From Okamejei kenojei (Eukaryota), in contig CM069147.1 in the NCBI GenBank assembly GCA_035221665.1, positions 20,336,001 through 20,400,000 on the forward strand: 64,000 nucleotides of DNA. Direction: 5' to 3'. Positions 38,830 to 52,200 of this stretch are shown one piece after another. The position numbers and the translations under genes were made by a program. The first letter of the stretch is position 1. Each line of letters opens with the position of its first letter. Under the pieces are notes generated by a model that did no database searches, was not told the DNA's origin, and worked only from the letters and a program-made list of their open reading frames with translations.

Positions 38830-40437
38830 TTTTTTAAAATTTAACATATAGATTTTGTTAATTAGAAGCAATGTACAGTAGTATAAACCATGGGTAACAT
38901 AATACATTTCTTGTAATACTTCTTGTTTTAAACATAATACTAGAAAAGTAACAGAAGTAAGAAAAAGAGGAAAAGGAGAAAGTTAAGTAAAGTGGTGATA
39001 TTAATAGTTCGTGAGAGAATAGAGAAAAATAACCCAAAAATATGTGAAGAGAGAGAGAAAAAAAAAGAGAGAAACCCCCCCCCCCCCAAAAAAAAAAAAT
39101 AAGAAAACAAAGCAGAAAAAAAATAAAAAGAAAGAAATGGTCTCCAAATCTGAGGAAGGACATAGAGGGGAGTGCAGAGAAGGTTCACCAGACTGATTCC
39201 TGGGATGTCAGGGACTGTCTTATGAAGAAAGACTGGGATAGACTCAGTTTATACTCTCTAGAATTTAGGAGATTGAGAGGTGATCTTTATAGAAACTTAC
39301 AAAATTCTTAAGGGGTTGGACAGGCTAGATGCAGGAAGATTGTTCCCGATGTTGGGGAAGTCCAGAACAAGGGGTCACAGCTTAAGGATAAGGGGAAATC
39401 CTTTAAGACCGAGATGAGAAAGACTTTTTTCACACAGAGAGTGGTGAGTCTCTGGAACTCTCTGCCACAGAGGGTAGTTGAGGCCAGTTCATTGGCTATA
39501 TTTAAGAGGGAGTTAGATGTGGCCCTTGTGGCTAAGGGGATCAGAGGGTATGGAGAGAAGGCAGGTACGGGATACTGAGTTGGATGATCAGCCATGATCA
39601 TATTGAATGGCGGTGCAGGCTCAAAGGGCCTACTCCTGCACCTAATTTCTATGTCTATGTTTCTATGAAAGAGGGATATACCTACTTCATAACTTTCCAC
39701 ACCCCTCACCCGGTTCTGAAACAGTTAATATCCGGGGTTATTTTGCACCATATACTTGTAAGAAGTCGATAAAGGGAGACCAAATCTTTACGAATTGGTC
39801 TGGTTTACCTGCTAGGACGAATCTCATATCTTCAAGATGTAACAGTTCAGACACGCTTGAAATCCACATTTTAAGCTTTGGTGTGGGTGGGTTTTTCCAG
39901 AATTTGAGTATACATTTTTTTGCCGTTATCAAACCATAATTAAGGAGCAAATTTTGGAACAAAGTCAGCTCAGAGCCGGCTTCTATTATTGCATAAAAGA
40001 ATAAGTTCTGTATTGGGGACCAATTTTATTTTAAATAATTTTGTGAAAATTTCAAAAATGTCTTTCCAAAATGTATGGAGTTTTATGCAGGAGCCAAAGG
40101 AGTGTGCTATAGTTGCATCATGAGATAAACACTTATCACAGATGTGAGAAACTTTTGGAAACAATTTATTCAATTTAGTTTTCGAGTAATATAGTCTATT
40201 TTGAATTGAATTAATGTATGTCTTACATTAAGCGAACATTTGTGTACATATAGCAAGTATTTATCCCAGGGTACACAAAAGGCTGGAGAAACTCAGCGGG
40301 TGCAGCAGCATCTAAGGAGCGAAGGAGATAGGCGACGTTTCGGGTCGAGACCCTTCTTCAGATCCTTCTCAAGTATTTATCCCATCAGCCTTTCGAATTT
40401 TTTATAGATAGTTCTTGTTCCCACTCTCTTTTGATTG
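38830..40437 (-). mobile_element. L1-type fragment (copy 2) with nested CR1 (39137-39668) and nested Penelope-type insertion
   Basis: ORFs 39738-39962 and 39970-40173. Confidence 0.75.
40269..40369 (-). mobile_element. Penelope pLTR-type short insertion, specific to copy 2
   Basis: 15-bp TSD CAAGTATTTATCCCA (40254-40268 and 40370-40384); empty site at ~17684; nearly identical to 57723-57817. Confidence 0.88.
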
Positions 40438-43400
40438 CACGTTCCCTCGTGTTTATCTAGTTGTTTTCTTTGTTAAGCAGCTCATCTCTTCTTGCAAGCA
40501 TATTAAACTGACAGATTATTTCTGATTTTTTTTCAGCTTAGATTACTTTAGTGTTTCGAAATGCCCTTCTCTTGTAGTAACCGATAACACAGGGAATGTC
40601 AGGATATTTATCCAATTATCAATTTTATAATGATTTCCAATGTAACAATAATTGGTTAGTCCTTCTGCGTTGCAATAGAAAGATTGGCACATTTAAAACT
40701 TGTTTTGAATTGATATCAAGATAATTGTTTCGTAATTCTTTTTTCCAGAATGTACACGGCGCGCAATTACCAAACATAAAATTCGCAGAGCAAATATTTA
40801 GGTATCAGAAACAGGGTCTCAAATAAATTACTTAAATTAGACTTCTTCCACTTCAGCGTCAAATTGGATGCCGCGAGCAGTTTGTAACTTCAGATCATCG
40901 TACTCTTTGACCACAGCGAGTTTCCATGATGTCACCAGCAGATTCAAGGTACATTACTCTTATGGGTTACTTACTTTAACCTCGAGCTATGAATGTATTT
41001 ATGGTGGGTCATTGGCTATATCATCTTTTTATAGAGAAGTTGCAAATGTGCGTACTCTGGCTACAGCGAATTACATACAGAAGCTGAAGTTTGAAGAAAG
41101 GCCTCGACTGGAAACGTCATATACGCATCTGCGACGGTGTCTGATCCGCTGAGTTACTCCAGCACCATGTGTCTTTTTTTAATTTCCTTCCAGAGGACGT
41201 ACCCTTTCCAATCGCAATGGAGCAAGAATCAAAAAAAGACACTTACAAAGGACCAGAATAAATTGAAAAGAAGGCCGACAAGCACGCACGCACGCACAGA
41301 TTTAGATACAGACATGCACACATGTATTTAAACGCATACGTTTTACGGCGATGTTTTCTCAGAAACATACAAAACACAAACTTTCATTGACACATCTTTA
41401 AACCATTTAAAGAAAATACGCAGAACGTGCTTTACGGGAAGATAAAGGTCTTGCAAAGTGCGTTTAGGGAGTTCCACAAATGTTTTAAAAAATGACTTCA
41501 TGAGTCCTATCTCAGGATTCATGCGTGGGACCTGTATAGGAAACATTGATTGATCTAAACTGGAAGGGAACGAAGATCAGAGAAGAGAGGATTACTCAAG
41601 CTACTTGGAAGTGTTTAAGCTAACTTGGGAAGGGAGAAGGTCGGTGGAAGCATAGAACCAGTGCAACAACTGGGGTGAAATTTGCGCAGGACAAACCAAG
41701 CAAGCCCAACGGGCAGAGTAGAGGGTGGCAGGTTCGCAAGCCGAGGAGACTTAGCAGGCTCAACAGCTTTACTTTAATGCAAGGTGTCTCATTGGCAAGT
41801 CAGATGAACATTAGAGCACCTGGGTCAGAACTTGCAAAGATGACTTTATTGCAATCACATAACTGTAGGTGAGGGAAGAGGGAAGGACAAGACTGGCAAC
41901 TTAATGTTCCAAGTTATACAACTTTCAGGTGTGAGAGAGGGTACTGAAGAAGAACAGGGGGGTACGTTTGCATTGCATGTTAGGCAGAAAATAACTAGCC
42001 CGTTGGGAGGATATCCTGGAGGGTTCACCCAATGAGGCCATATGGATAGAATTTGGGAATAAGGGAGGAGCGATCACTTTTCCAGAGTTATATGATAGGC
42101 TTCCCAGTAGTCAGGAAAAATGAGTGGACCAGGTATGTAAGCAAGCTGCCAAAGTTTGTTATAGTGGTAATTGTCATATGCTCAATCTTAACTGGAATGT
42201 CCTGATTGTCAACGGTTTAGATGGGTAGAAATTTGTTCAGTGTGTAATCTACATTTTGTGAGCCAATATATTATTGGGCCTGTCAGAGATGAGTCAGTGC
42301 AATGCTCGACATTATCTCAGGAAAGCAAACTGGGTAGGTGGCGGAAATGTTGGTGGATTGAGACTTTTTGAACAGTGAAAATTCAGAAATGTTCAAGTTA
42401 TTTATGCAAAGGGATCAGGTTGTTCCTTAAATACAAGAAAGGCTTGTTTCCATAGCATAACTAGAACTTGACGAATGTATAGACTGCGCACAGATGCCGT
42501 GAGGTAAAACAACAACTGACCAAGTGGAAGTCTTTTAAGGGACAATTTAACCAGACCAGCTTCAGCAAGTTCTAATTATGGTGAAAGCAAAGATGGCAAG
42601 GCAGGAGATACTGTGGCCCAGGCAGAGGTGTCAGTACCCTTCATTCTTCATTGGTAACTGTCCAAAAGATGGAAGGATAAACCTACTACTCTTTCACTTA
42701 GGAAGAGCACCAAAGATAAGCCGGCAATTACAACTGTTGTGCTTTACTTCATTAATGAGGGACATTAATGAGGAAGGTCTTAAGAGATATGATTTATGTA
42801 CATTTGATAATTCAGGTATTTATTAGGGATAGTCGGTAGAGCTTTGTGCGGGGGTAAATCCTGCCTCACTAATTTGATTGATTAGAATTTTATGAGGTGA
42901 GAACTAAACAGTTCATCAAGGCGGGATTGTAGGCATTTTTTTGATGTGAACTTCACTAAAGCATTTGACATGGTTTCACATTGTAGGCTGGTTCAGGAAA
43001 TTAAGACACATTGGACCCAATGTAAGCTGGCTAACAGCATCTGAAATTGGCATGGTGAAAGTAGACAGTTTGTAGTGGCGGAAAGCTACATTTCTGACTG
43101 CCTTGGCAATTAATTCCACACAACCATGGCCTTCTGTATGGAAATAAAACTTTCCCTCACTTCTCCTTTAAATTTAACCGGTGTCAACTTAAACAATGCT
43201 ATTTAATTCCAGACTCTCCTGGTGAAGGGAAATGACTACCTACTGTCCTATCTATGCTTCTGATAAATTTATAAATCTTAATGTGTTCACGCTCAATATC
43301 ATAAACTTCAGTGAGAATAATCCAAGTCAACACAATTTCTTCTTCTATCTACTGCTTACCGTTCTCGACATGATCCTTGTGAAACTATTCTGCAAACTCT

Positions 43401-46295
43401 CTATGGCTACTATATTTTCCTGTGGTGTGGTGATCAGAACTGTATGTAGTACGCCAAAGGTGATCATAAACAGCACATGCTTACTCACATGTTTCAGTGC
43501 TTTATGCTCCCACTGCCTTCCAGGCAAAACCTATCTGCATTTTATGTTTTTCCTTCCATGTTCTTGTTCATGACATATTACTTACATGGATACATTTAGC
43601 TCTAAAAAATACTCAAGAAACACAACATTATTCAGGATAAAGAAACACTTCTCATTGATACCCATTCACCAACATAAAATGAATAGTCTCCATTACTGTT
43701 GCATCATAGCTGCAGTGGACCACGTTGATGGAAATATATTGCAATTCCTTCAGCTATTTCCTATCGAGGAGTATTGTCAGGAGATCTTTCACTTGAAGGG
43801 GCAATCATGGAAGGTGACCTACCAATTTTACACGGTATTTAAAGAATTCCTCAGTTACAGGTGCTTAGTTATGTTGCAGTTGCTCAAGACATTAGTGAGG
43901 CCACGTTTGGAGTATTGTCTTCAGTTTTCATCACCCTATTGTAGGGAATGTTATTGGTGCAGAGATGTTTTACGAGGATGTTGTCAGGAGTAGACGGGGG
44001 AGGGATTGAGCAGGCTAGTACTTTATTCCTTGGAGTGCAGGAGAATGAGGAGTGATCTTCTACAGATATATGATCATGAGGGGAATAGATAGGGTAAACG
44101 TCTACTTTGTCAAACCTTAAAAATTCCATTAGGCCACCCAATTACATTGGTTATTCATGCAGACAAGCCCAAATCAATGTTTTATTTCTGGATAAGTATT
44201 GCCTCATTTTGTACACTGTACTCCAGTTCAATCCACTTACCTTATTCTTTTCAGCTTTTCAATTCTGTCCGAGTAAAAATGAACGATGCCATGTTTATCT
44301 CTATTCGTAGATTGATGTATTAATGCTCCCAATAACTGGGTATTATTTGGTATTTATCTTTCCAGGAATGTGGGCATCATCAACGAATCCAGCATTTATT
44401 GTCCGTTCCCAGTTGCCCTGAGAAGATGGACATTATCCACAGGCTTGAATAACTGCATTTCTTCATGTGAATGAACTGGGAAGGAAGCAATTGGGAAGGA
44501 ATGCAATTGGGAAGGAAGCACTCAGATTTATAAGTAAACCCGATGATGAAAAACAGCATTTTTTTAAGTTAGGATGGTTGCCAGACCCTGATGCCATGCT
44601 GCAGTTTAGGTTGGTAGATGGGAAGCTGTTCAAGGATGGTGTTGAACTTCTTCAATGTTTTTGGAGTTGGATTTATCCAGGCAAGTAGGTTAAGCTTCGG
44701 CATGCTCTTAGATTATGAATGGGCTGTCAGGAGGAGAGTCATTTCAAATCACCTGAGCAATTTTAGTATTCTTTATACCTATCTAAGTACTGCTTCATAC
44801 CTATCTAAATCAAAAACTAATTAGCTATTAAATGGCTATTCTTGTAAGTGTATTAATTCCTGAATTTTGCTTCATTTACCATTAGATTTAAACACAGCTG
44901 ACATTGAGAACTACAAACATTTTGTTGCATTTTATTATGGCTCATTTATACTTTCAAAATCCATCCAATTTCATTTAATTAGCAGTTGAAAACGTCCACA
45001 TCAAGGGATACTATTACAAAAGTGATGTCAATGCGTAAAATGGTTAAGTTACAACTTATCTGTTACAAGTCATTAAGTCGTAAATTCAGACAAACTGATA
45101 GAGCATATTTAATAAGGACTCAATATCTATAAAATTGATTCATTGCTCAAAAATATATTCTAAGAATTAATTTCTTGCCGATATCATTTTGTGGAAGAAA
45201 TTAAAAATTTAGAATGAGTTAAATCTGGCATAAAATTAGATCTAATAAACACCAGTGAATAATAGTTTTTACAACCTTTGAACTTTTAAAATTTTCAAGG
45301 CATAACTCTTTCCTGTCAAGATCACAGTTTATTTTTCTAATCTCGTAGTTTATTTCATGCCACATTTGAAGTTTATGTCAGTTTTGCATTTATATATCTT
45401 TCTGGAAGAAAGGGACTGAAAAAATATACAAATTCAAATGGATGCAAACTAATAGTTACCAGTATCTTTATATCAGATCTAATTTCGCATATTCATTATA
45501 ATTTAATTGTAAACGATTTGACAGGAAATAACTTGCCCAATATATGTTTTGAGCAGTGGATTAAGTTTATAACCTTTGCCTCCTTTGTGAAATATTCTGC
45601 GCTAATTAATTTGGATTCAACATTTGTGGTATCATTTGAATCAGGCAGGCGGGTTGCAGACATCGGAGTCATGGTGACTTAAGTCTTTAATCACCAGCCT
45701 CAGGCATGCTGAGGTGGTGGAATGATGGGAGAGCGCAACATCCAGGTGCTGGAGGCACCGCCCAGATGGAAAAGGTTCATGATGCTAAATTGCAGAAATG
45801 GATTGACAAAGTCTGTAGTACTTCGCTGAAGCCACAAGGTGGAGCCCGCCTCTCATGCAGCGAAAAGAGCCTCTCTATGGCAGATAGAAGCGATTTTTTT
45901 TCTGATGAAGGATGCAGAAGAGCTAGACATCAGTTTGGAATTGGGATCTTGCCTTTCAACAACAACATCGGGAAGCATATTTTTATTTAGGTATTTGTAA
46001 AACCTGGACTCGTCTCCCTGAACAAAGCTAGAATTACTCGGCCAATTGCAGCTTTTAAGACTGAGACGGTGGTCTGGTTTTGAGTAAACAGTGCAATTTT
46101 TCAGTATAATACGTTTAGGTTCAGTCAGGGGTAGGAGATTGCAACCTTCACGTGGTCCGCCCCGTTTCGACGAATGCAATCAACCTGGCGTGCACATTCA
46201 AATAAGATCACATAGAACAAGTTGTCCTACAACTTTAGGCTGTGCACGCCACACGCCAGAAGAAGAAGAATAAGCAGATTCAGTCAGTTGTTTTT

Positions 46296-49200
46296 CTAGC
46301 ATGATCTGTCAAAGAAACAAAACATTTAAAGTTTATATCAACTGAATTATGTGATAAGTTTCTCGACCCCTTACGGTCTTACCTGTTTCCCATCACATGC
46401 TTGGAGGTCTTTCCATGTTCCTCTCTGCTCATTGTTTGCTCTGATGTCTCGACCAATCGGTCAACCTTTACCACGGAGCCTAGACGGGGAGATCAATTAA
46501 TTGGGTACTATAGTGCAGATTTGGCGATCGTGAGTTATTTTGAATGTTAACATATTTTCTTACACCACTCATGTTATTATGTGCCGACAAGATATCCAAC
46601 GGGCGCCGATTCCCTATTGCCCATTTTGTGCTCCAGACTAAAATCGATTTGTAGCCTTTGTCTCCAGATGGGGTATAACTACTAAATTATACTCTGAATA
46701 ATACCCTGGACGTCAGTTTTGAAGACATTCCCAACGCTTCATCGGACAGGGATCAGCCTCGGCTGGGCTCCACCCTTCAGAAGTAAAAACAATGGGATGG
46801 GGACCAATTCGGGCAGATGCAGGAATTATAACATTCAGCGGAGTCCCGACTGACCACAAACATGAAAGAAGGAACGGCAATAGTGCCGACAACTTTTACA
46901 TCAAACGATTGGGAAATAACCAATTTATCCAATATGCATTGGCCCAAGATAAGCAGTTGCACAGAGCTGTAACTTGAGGAAGGAAACCGCTGCAAGTGGC
47001 GACATCTAAATTACAACCGCTCTCATTTATTTTCCCATTAATATAATCGTTTTATAACAGTTCGATTAGAAGACGGTATTGTTATCCTTGATATTAACGA
47101 TGATGAACAATTTATTTTTCTAAGCTCTTTCAATGCCCTCTTTTGATTTGGGATTTTTACAAGTGAATTTGGAACACTGATGATAGCGGAGACTTGACGG
47201 AATTGTTCTCCTCTGAGTCTGGGGATGGAGAACTGATATATTTCTGTACCATTTGGGGATCACGATCTTGTTATTAACTGTGTAAATTGTGGCCAAATAG
47301 CATCAATTCACGTAGCGCCATTTGATTCTCCGCAGCGCCATTTTACAGGAAAGTTGAAATTGAACTCTAGAATGAAGCTTGATTCACCTTTGGCAGAGCT
47401 TGATCCAAAAACAATTCGCAAGGTAGCCAACGCCAGTAAAATGATCAATGTACCTCCTACATTGCGAAGGACATGGACAACGCGAGCCGAACCTGCAGAC
47501 GTAAAAAATAATTGAGCGATAAGACAATTATCTCAAGTGAATGAACAAACTATAGAATTTTATTTGTGTAAAGAGCTTTATCTAGTGTCACTATATTACA
47601 AAAATATCCATGGATTAAAATAGCAAAAAAAAATATTAGGCAAAATGGACACTGTACCAAAATAAACGCGAGATCCTTGCTTGCCAATATGAACAATATT
47701 GTTATTGCATTAAATGTCAACGAGTGGTACATTTCCAAGTCAAGCTAGTGTGCGATTTGGAAGGCAGCCTGCAGGCCGTGGTGTTCACATGCACCTGCTG
47801 CCCGTGTCCTTGTTTGTGATCCAACCAATCCAGAAATCTATCAATGTCAATCCTCCCTTTTCAAACATCCTCAATGCTTCGAGGTAGTGAATTACGAAGA
47901 TTCACACATCTGAGTAGAGTCATAGTCACAAAATATTACAGTGTGGAAACAGGCCCTTTGGCCCAACTCGCCTACACCGGCCAACAGTTGGCCAGCTACC
48001 CTAGTCCCACTTACCTGTGCTTGGTTCATAACCCTCCAAACCTTTCCTATCCATGTACCTGTCCAACTGTTTCTTAAACGATGGGATAGTCCCAGCCTGA
48101 ACTACCTTCTCTGGCAGCTTGTTCCATACACCCTCCACCCAAGATTGACAATATATTTCCTATAACATGGTGCCCAGAACTGAACACAATATTCTAAATG
48201 TGGTCTCACCAACGTCTTATACAACTGCAACATGACTTCCCAACTTCTATACTCAATACTCTGATGAAGGCCAATGTGGCAAAAGCCTTCTTGACCACCT
48301 TATCTACCTGCGATTCGACCTTCAAGGAACCATGCACTTGTACTCCTAGATATCTTTGCTTTACAACACTACCCAGAGGCCTACCATTTACTGTTTAGGT
48401 CCTGCCCTTCGAGAGATTCAACTTCCCAAAATGTAACACCTCACAATTTAATACAAATTCCATCAACCATTCCTCTGCCCACCTGGCCAAGCGATCCAGA
48501 TCCTGCTGCAATCGTTTTCAACCTTCTTCACTCTCTGCAAAACCACTAACTTTTGTACCATCAGCAAACTTGCTAATCTTGCCCTGTATGTTCTCATCCA
48601 AATCATTGATGTAGATAACAAACAGTAACGGGCCCAGCACCGAACCCTATGGCATACCACCAGTCACAGGCCTCCATTCTGAGAAGCAACCTTCCACTAT
48701 CAACCTCTGTTTCCTGCCATGGAGCTAATTTGCTATCCATTCAGCTATCTCTGCTTGGATCCTATGAGATCTAACCTTCCAAAACAGCCAACCATGCGGC
48801 ACCTTGTCGAATGCCTTATTAAAACATCTACAGCTCTGCCCTCATCAACCTTTTTGCTCACGGCTTAAAAAAAATCAGTCAGATTTGTGAGACACGATGT
48901 CCCATGTACAAAACCATGCTGACTGTCCTTAATCAGCCCATGCCCATCCAAATGCCTGTATATCCTATCCCTCAGAATACTTTCCAGTAACTTACCAACT
49001 ACAGATATTAAGCTCACCAGCCTATAGTTCCCAGCATTTTCCCTGCAGTCCTCCTGAAAAGAGGCACAACATTTGCCACCCACCAATCCTCTGGCACCTC
49101 TCTTGTGTTTAAGGACGACTTATACATTTCATCCAGGGCCTCCACAATTTCCTCTCTTGTTTCCCCGCAATGTCCTCTGATATATCTGATTAGGCCCCGG

Positions 49201-52200
49201 AGATTTGTCTACCTTCAAACACGACAATACCTTCAGTACTTCCACGACAGTACTTCCTCGATGCTCTCATGCCACTTCCAGTAACTGCTCCAATTTCCTC
49301 TATCCTACTGTTTTCTCCTCGGTAAATACTGAGGAGAAATACTCTTTGAGGACATTACCCATCTCCCGTGGCTCCACACAGAGGTGAGCGCTTTTATTCC
49401 TGAGAGGTCCCACTCTCTCTCTAGTTATTTTTTCCCCCATTTTTGCCCGCCCTTCTAGTTTACTCCTTAGTTCCCGAGACTCCTACAGGGATGCACTTAT
49501 CCCAACTGCCTATATCTGTCCCATGCATTCTTCTTGTTTTTGACTAACGTCTCAATTTCCCTTGTCAGCCAAGCTTCCTTACGTTTGCCTGCTTCGCTTT
49601 TCACTCTAACGGGGACGTACACATCCTGAGCTCTCTTCAGTACACTTTTAAAAACATCCCACTTGGCCGATGTTCCTTTCCCCTCAAATAACCTGCTCCA
49701 GTCAACTTGAGCTAGACCTTCTCTCATACCCTCAAAATAGTGAAATATCTCAACATTACAAAGTAAATTCCCGACTATATATAATGAACGTGTACCTCTA
49801 TCCCAATCTCACTGATTGTGTCCTTTTGATGATTTTTTGTTTGCTAACACCTCTGTCAAATGCCTTGAAGGTTTAGCCACGTCACAGACATTATAAATAT
49901 TGAAGATGCAGATATAATTTAGAAAACAGATTATAGCATTTGATGCGTCAGTTTGCCCGAACTCCCGCGGTGAATAAACACGGTTCACTTTCAACCCTTC
50001 TCGTCGTGTTTGAGCTGTATTCAACAATATTTATAAATCGGATCGGAGGTCTCCCTCTGTTCCCAGCTCTGTTTGCCAGTCTTACCTGGCTTGACGGTGT
50101 AGTCGACTCTGGCCGGGACCGTAAGGGAGACATGTGACACTAGGCAGGTGTAAATAACAACGCGCCAGGTAGGCTTCGTTACTTCGAGAAAACTGGAAGC
50201 CTCATACAACCCCTCCACGCTACTGATATTTACAGGTTCTTCCCGGGTGGAAATTGTTACACCATTTCTTTGCCAGGATATCTTGACTTCCTTCGGAAAA
50301 AATGCAGTCGTTTTACACACAAGTCTGGGCGGCGAACTGCCTTTAATTGGACTAATATTCGGGGGAGTAGGCGGCGCTGGAACAGAAGAAAAAATATGTT
50401 GAATATTTTCTTTCCGTTGCCTCGTCACACCGCGACCTTGCACTCCCACCATCAGATCGTTATCGGTACAATCGCTTTTACACTCACTGATTTGTCTTTG
50501 TTTTAGATTTCACCTTATTGTGGACGGTGAAATATATCCAAGGTTTGGATACATAAGGAATCCGAGGTTTGGATGTAGGTAATATGCGGGATTCTGAACA
50601 ATCCCCAATGTTCTGAAGTGCCAATCAGTAGCGTGGCGGGGGGTGTTTCATCGCTGGTAACAACTTTTTCTGTTCAGTTCAAAAATGACTGTTTTTTCGA
50701 GATTTGGTGCAAAGAATGATACGTGTAGAGTGGAATATCACAGAATAACACAGCACAGCACAGCGCAGCCCAGATGACCTACTGCGTCATTAAACCTCCA
50801 TCTCCACTTATTCAATGTTCATCTCCTGTCAACTTTCCTCTTCACTCCTCACCACGACCAATCAACCGGGACAATTCACAGAGGCTAGTTTTCCTACCAA
50901 CCTGTGGCATGCGGAATAAACCGGAGCACCGGAGGAACGTCTACGCGTTGAAGGGGAGAAGTATATATGGACGCCCGCAGGATCTGGGTCGAACTTGGGT
51001 CGCTGAAGTTGTGGGCAGCGTTAATCAATGTAGCACTGTATATATCCAGATTTCACCAATATCGATAATCAAGAGGCAGGCCGTAGTTGATTAGATGAGA
51101 GCTTGGTCCACACTTTAGTACCTTGGATGGAGGGCTCAAGTGATACAGCTTTTGGCCCGGGAGGCTTCTCCACAACGCTAACTGCGCAATTTGAAGGCAT
51201 TATAGAGTTACACTAATAATTATTAAGAAGGAACTGCAGATGTCTGAAGAATGGTCTCGACCCGAAATGTCACCCATTCCTTCTCTCAGAGGTGCTGCAT
51301 GTCCCGCTGAGTTACTCCAGCTTTTTGTGTCTATCTCCTGATAATTAGTATCCCCGTGCAAATATTAGACGCTTCTTCAATAAGTACAATACGTGAATAG
51401 ACTACGTCTCTTCTACAATTTTGCCATTTTCCAAATGTTCTCGGTTTGCTGAAGACGCTTGAATAAGATTTCACTGATATCAGCTCAGAGTGGGTCTTTT
51501 GCGAACGCTGATCTACCTCCGTCGGATCTACAATCAGTAGGTAGCTAGTAGGAGGCCTCTTGTTAAATCACTCTGCGTGTTGATGACAACCTTTCGAGTT
51601 TATCATCGATAATGAATAATTGGGGGCAAACGTGAGAGACTGAGGGTTGAGTCCTGTAAGAATATAATTGTATGGACAGGAGCCCTGGCGTTTGCCCCAA
51701 ATGCCGTGAAATTTTACTCGTATTTTACAAAGGTTTACAAAGGTTACACAGGTGTTTAAATGAGAATCCTCGGAGTGAGACGGTGATATTCTGTCCCTGG
51801 AGTAAGAATCTAGCAAATCAAAACTCTCAACGGTTTATAGGATTCATCTCTATAATAACCATGGTGGTTTGATACGGGGTTCAGCTTCGTTTACAGCCGA
51901 CGAATAAATGAGTAGAATATTTGCCGAGGCCGCTCTGTTGTTCAATTCAACCGTGGGTGGTTTGTGCGTCAGGTCTCTGTGTCACAAACCCTGTTGTCAC
52001 ATACCCCACGATACCCAATCCAAATGAATATTCTAACATCCCAATCTCGAGAGATCAATTTATTTTTTTGTTTCCAGACTTTAAGTCAATAAAGTTACTG
52101 ATTTCGGAGATAATTTGTAAGGTAGCGCGTAAAAAGGGAAAATGATGTGTGAATCAATATGGACTGTAAACACTATTCTTGTGAGATTGTAACCACTATT

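Larger units (their letters stand above)
26770..49073. repeat. Segmental tandem duplication, copy 2 (~22 kb)
   Basis: Begins ATTGTGCATACCTTTTGATTTTAAAG (matches 2666); ends GAGGCACAACATT (matches 26760-26772). Confidence 0.92.
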
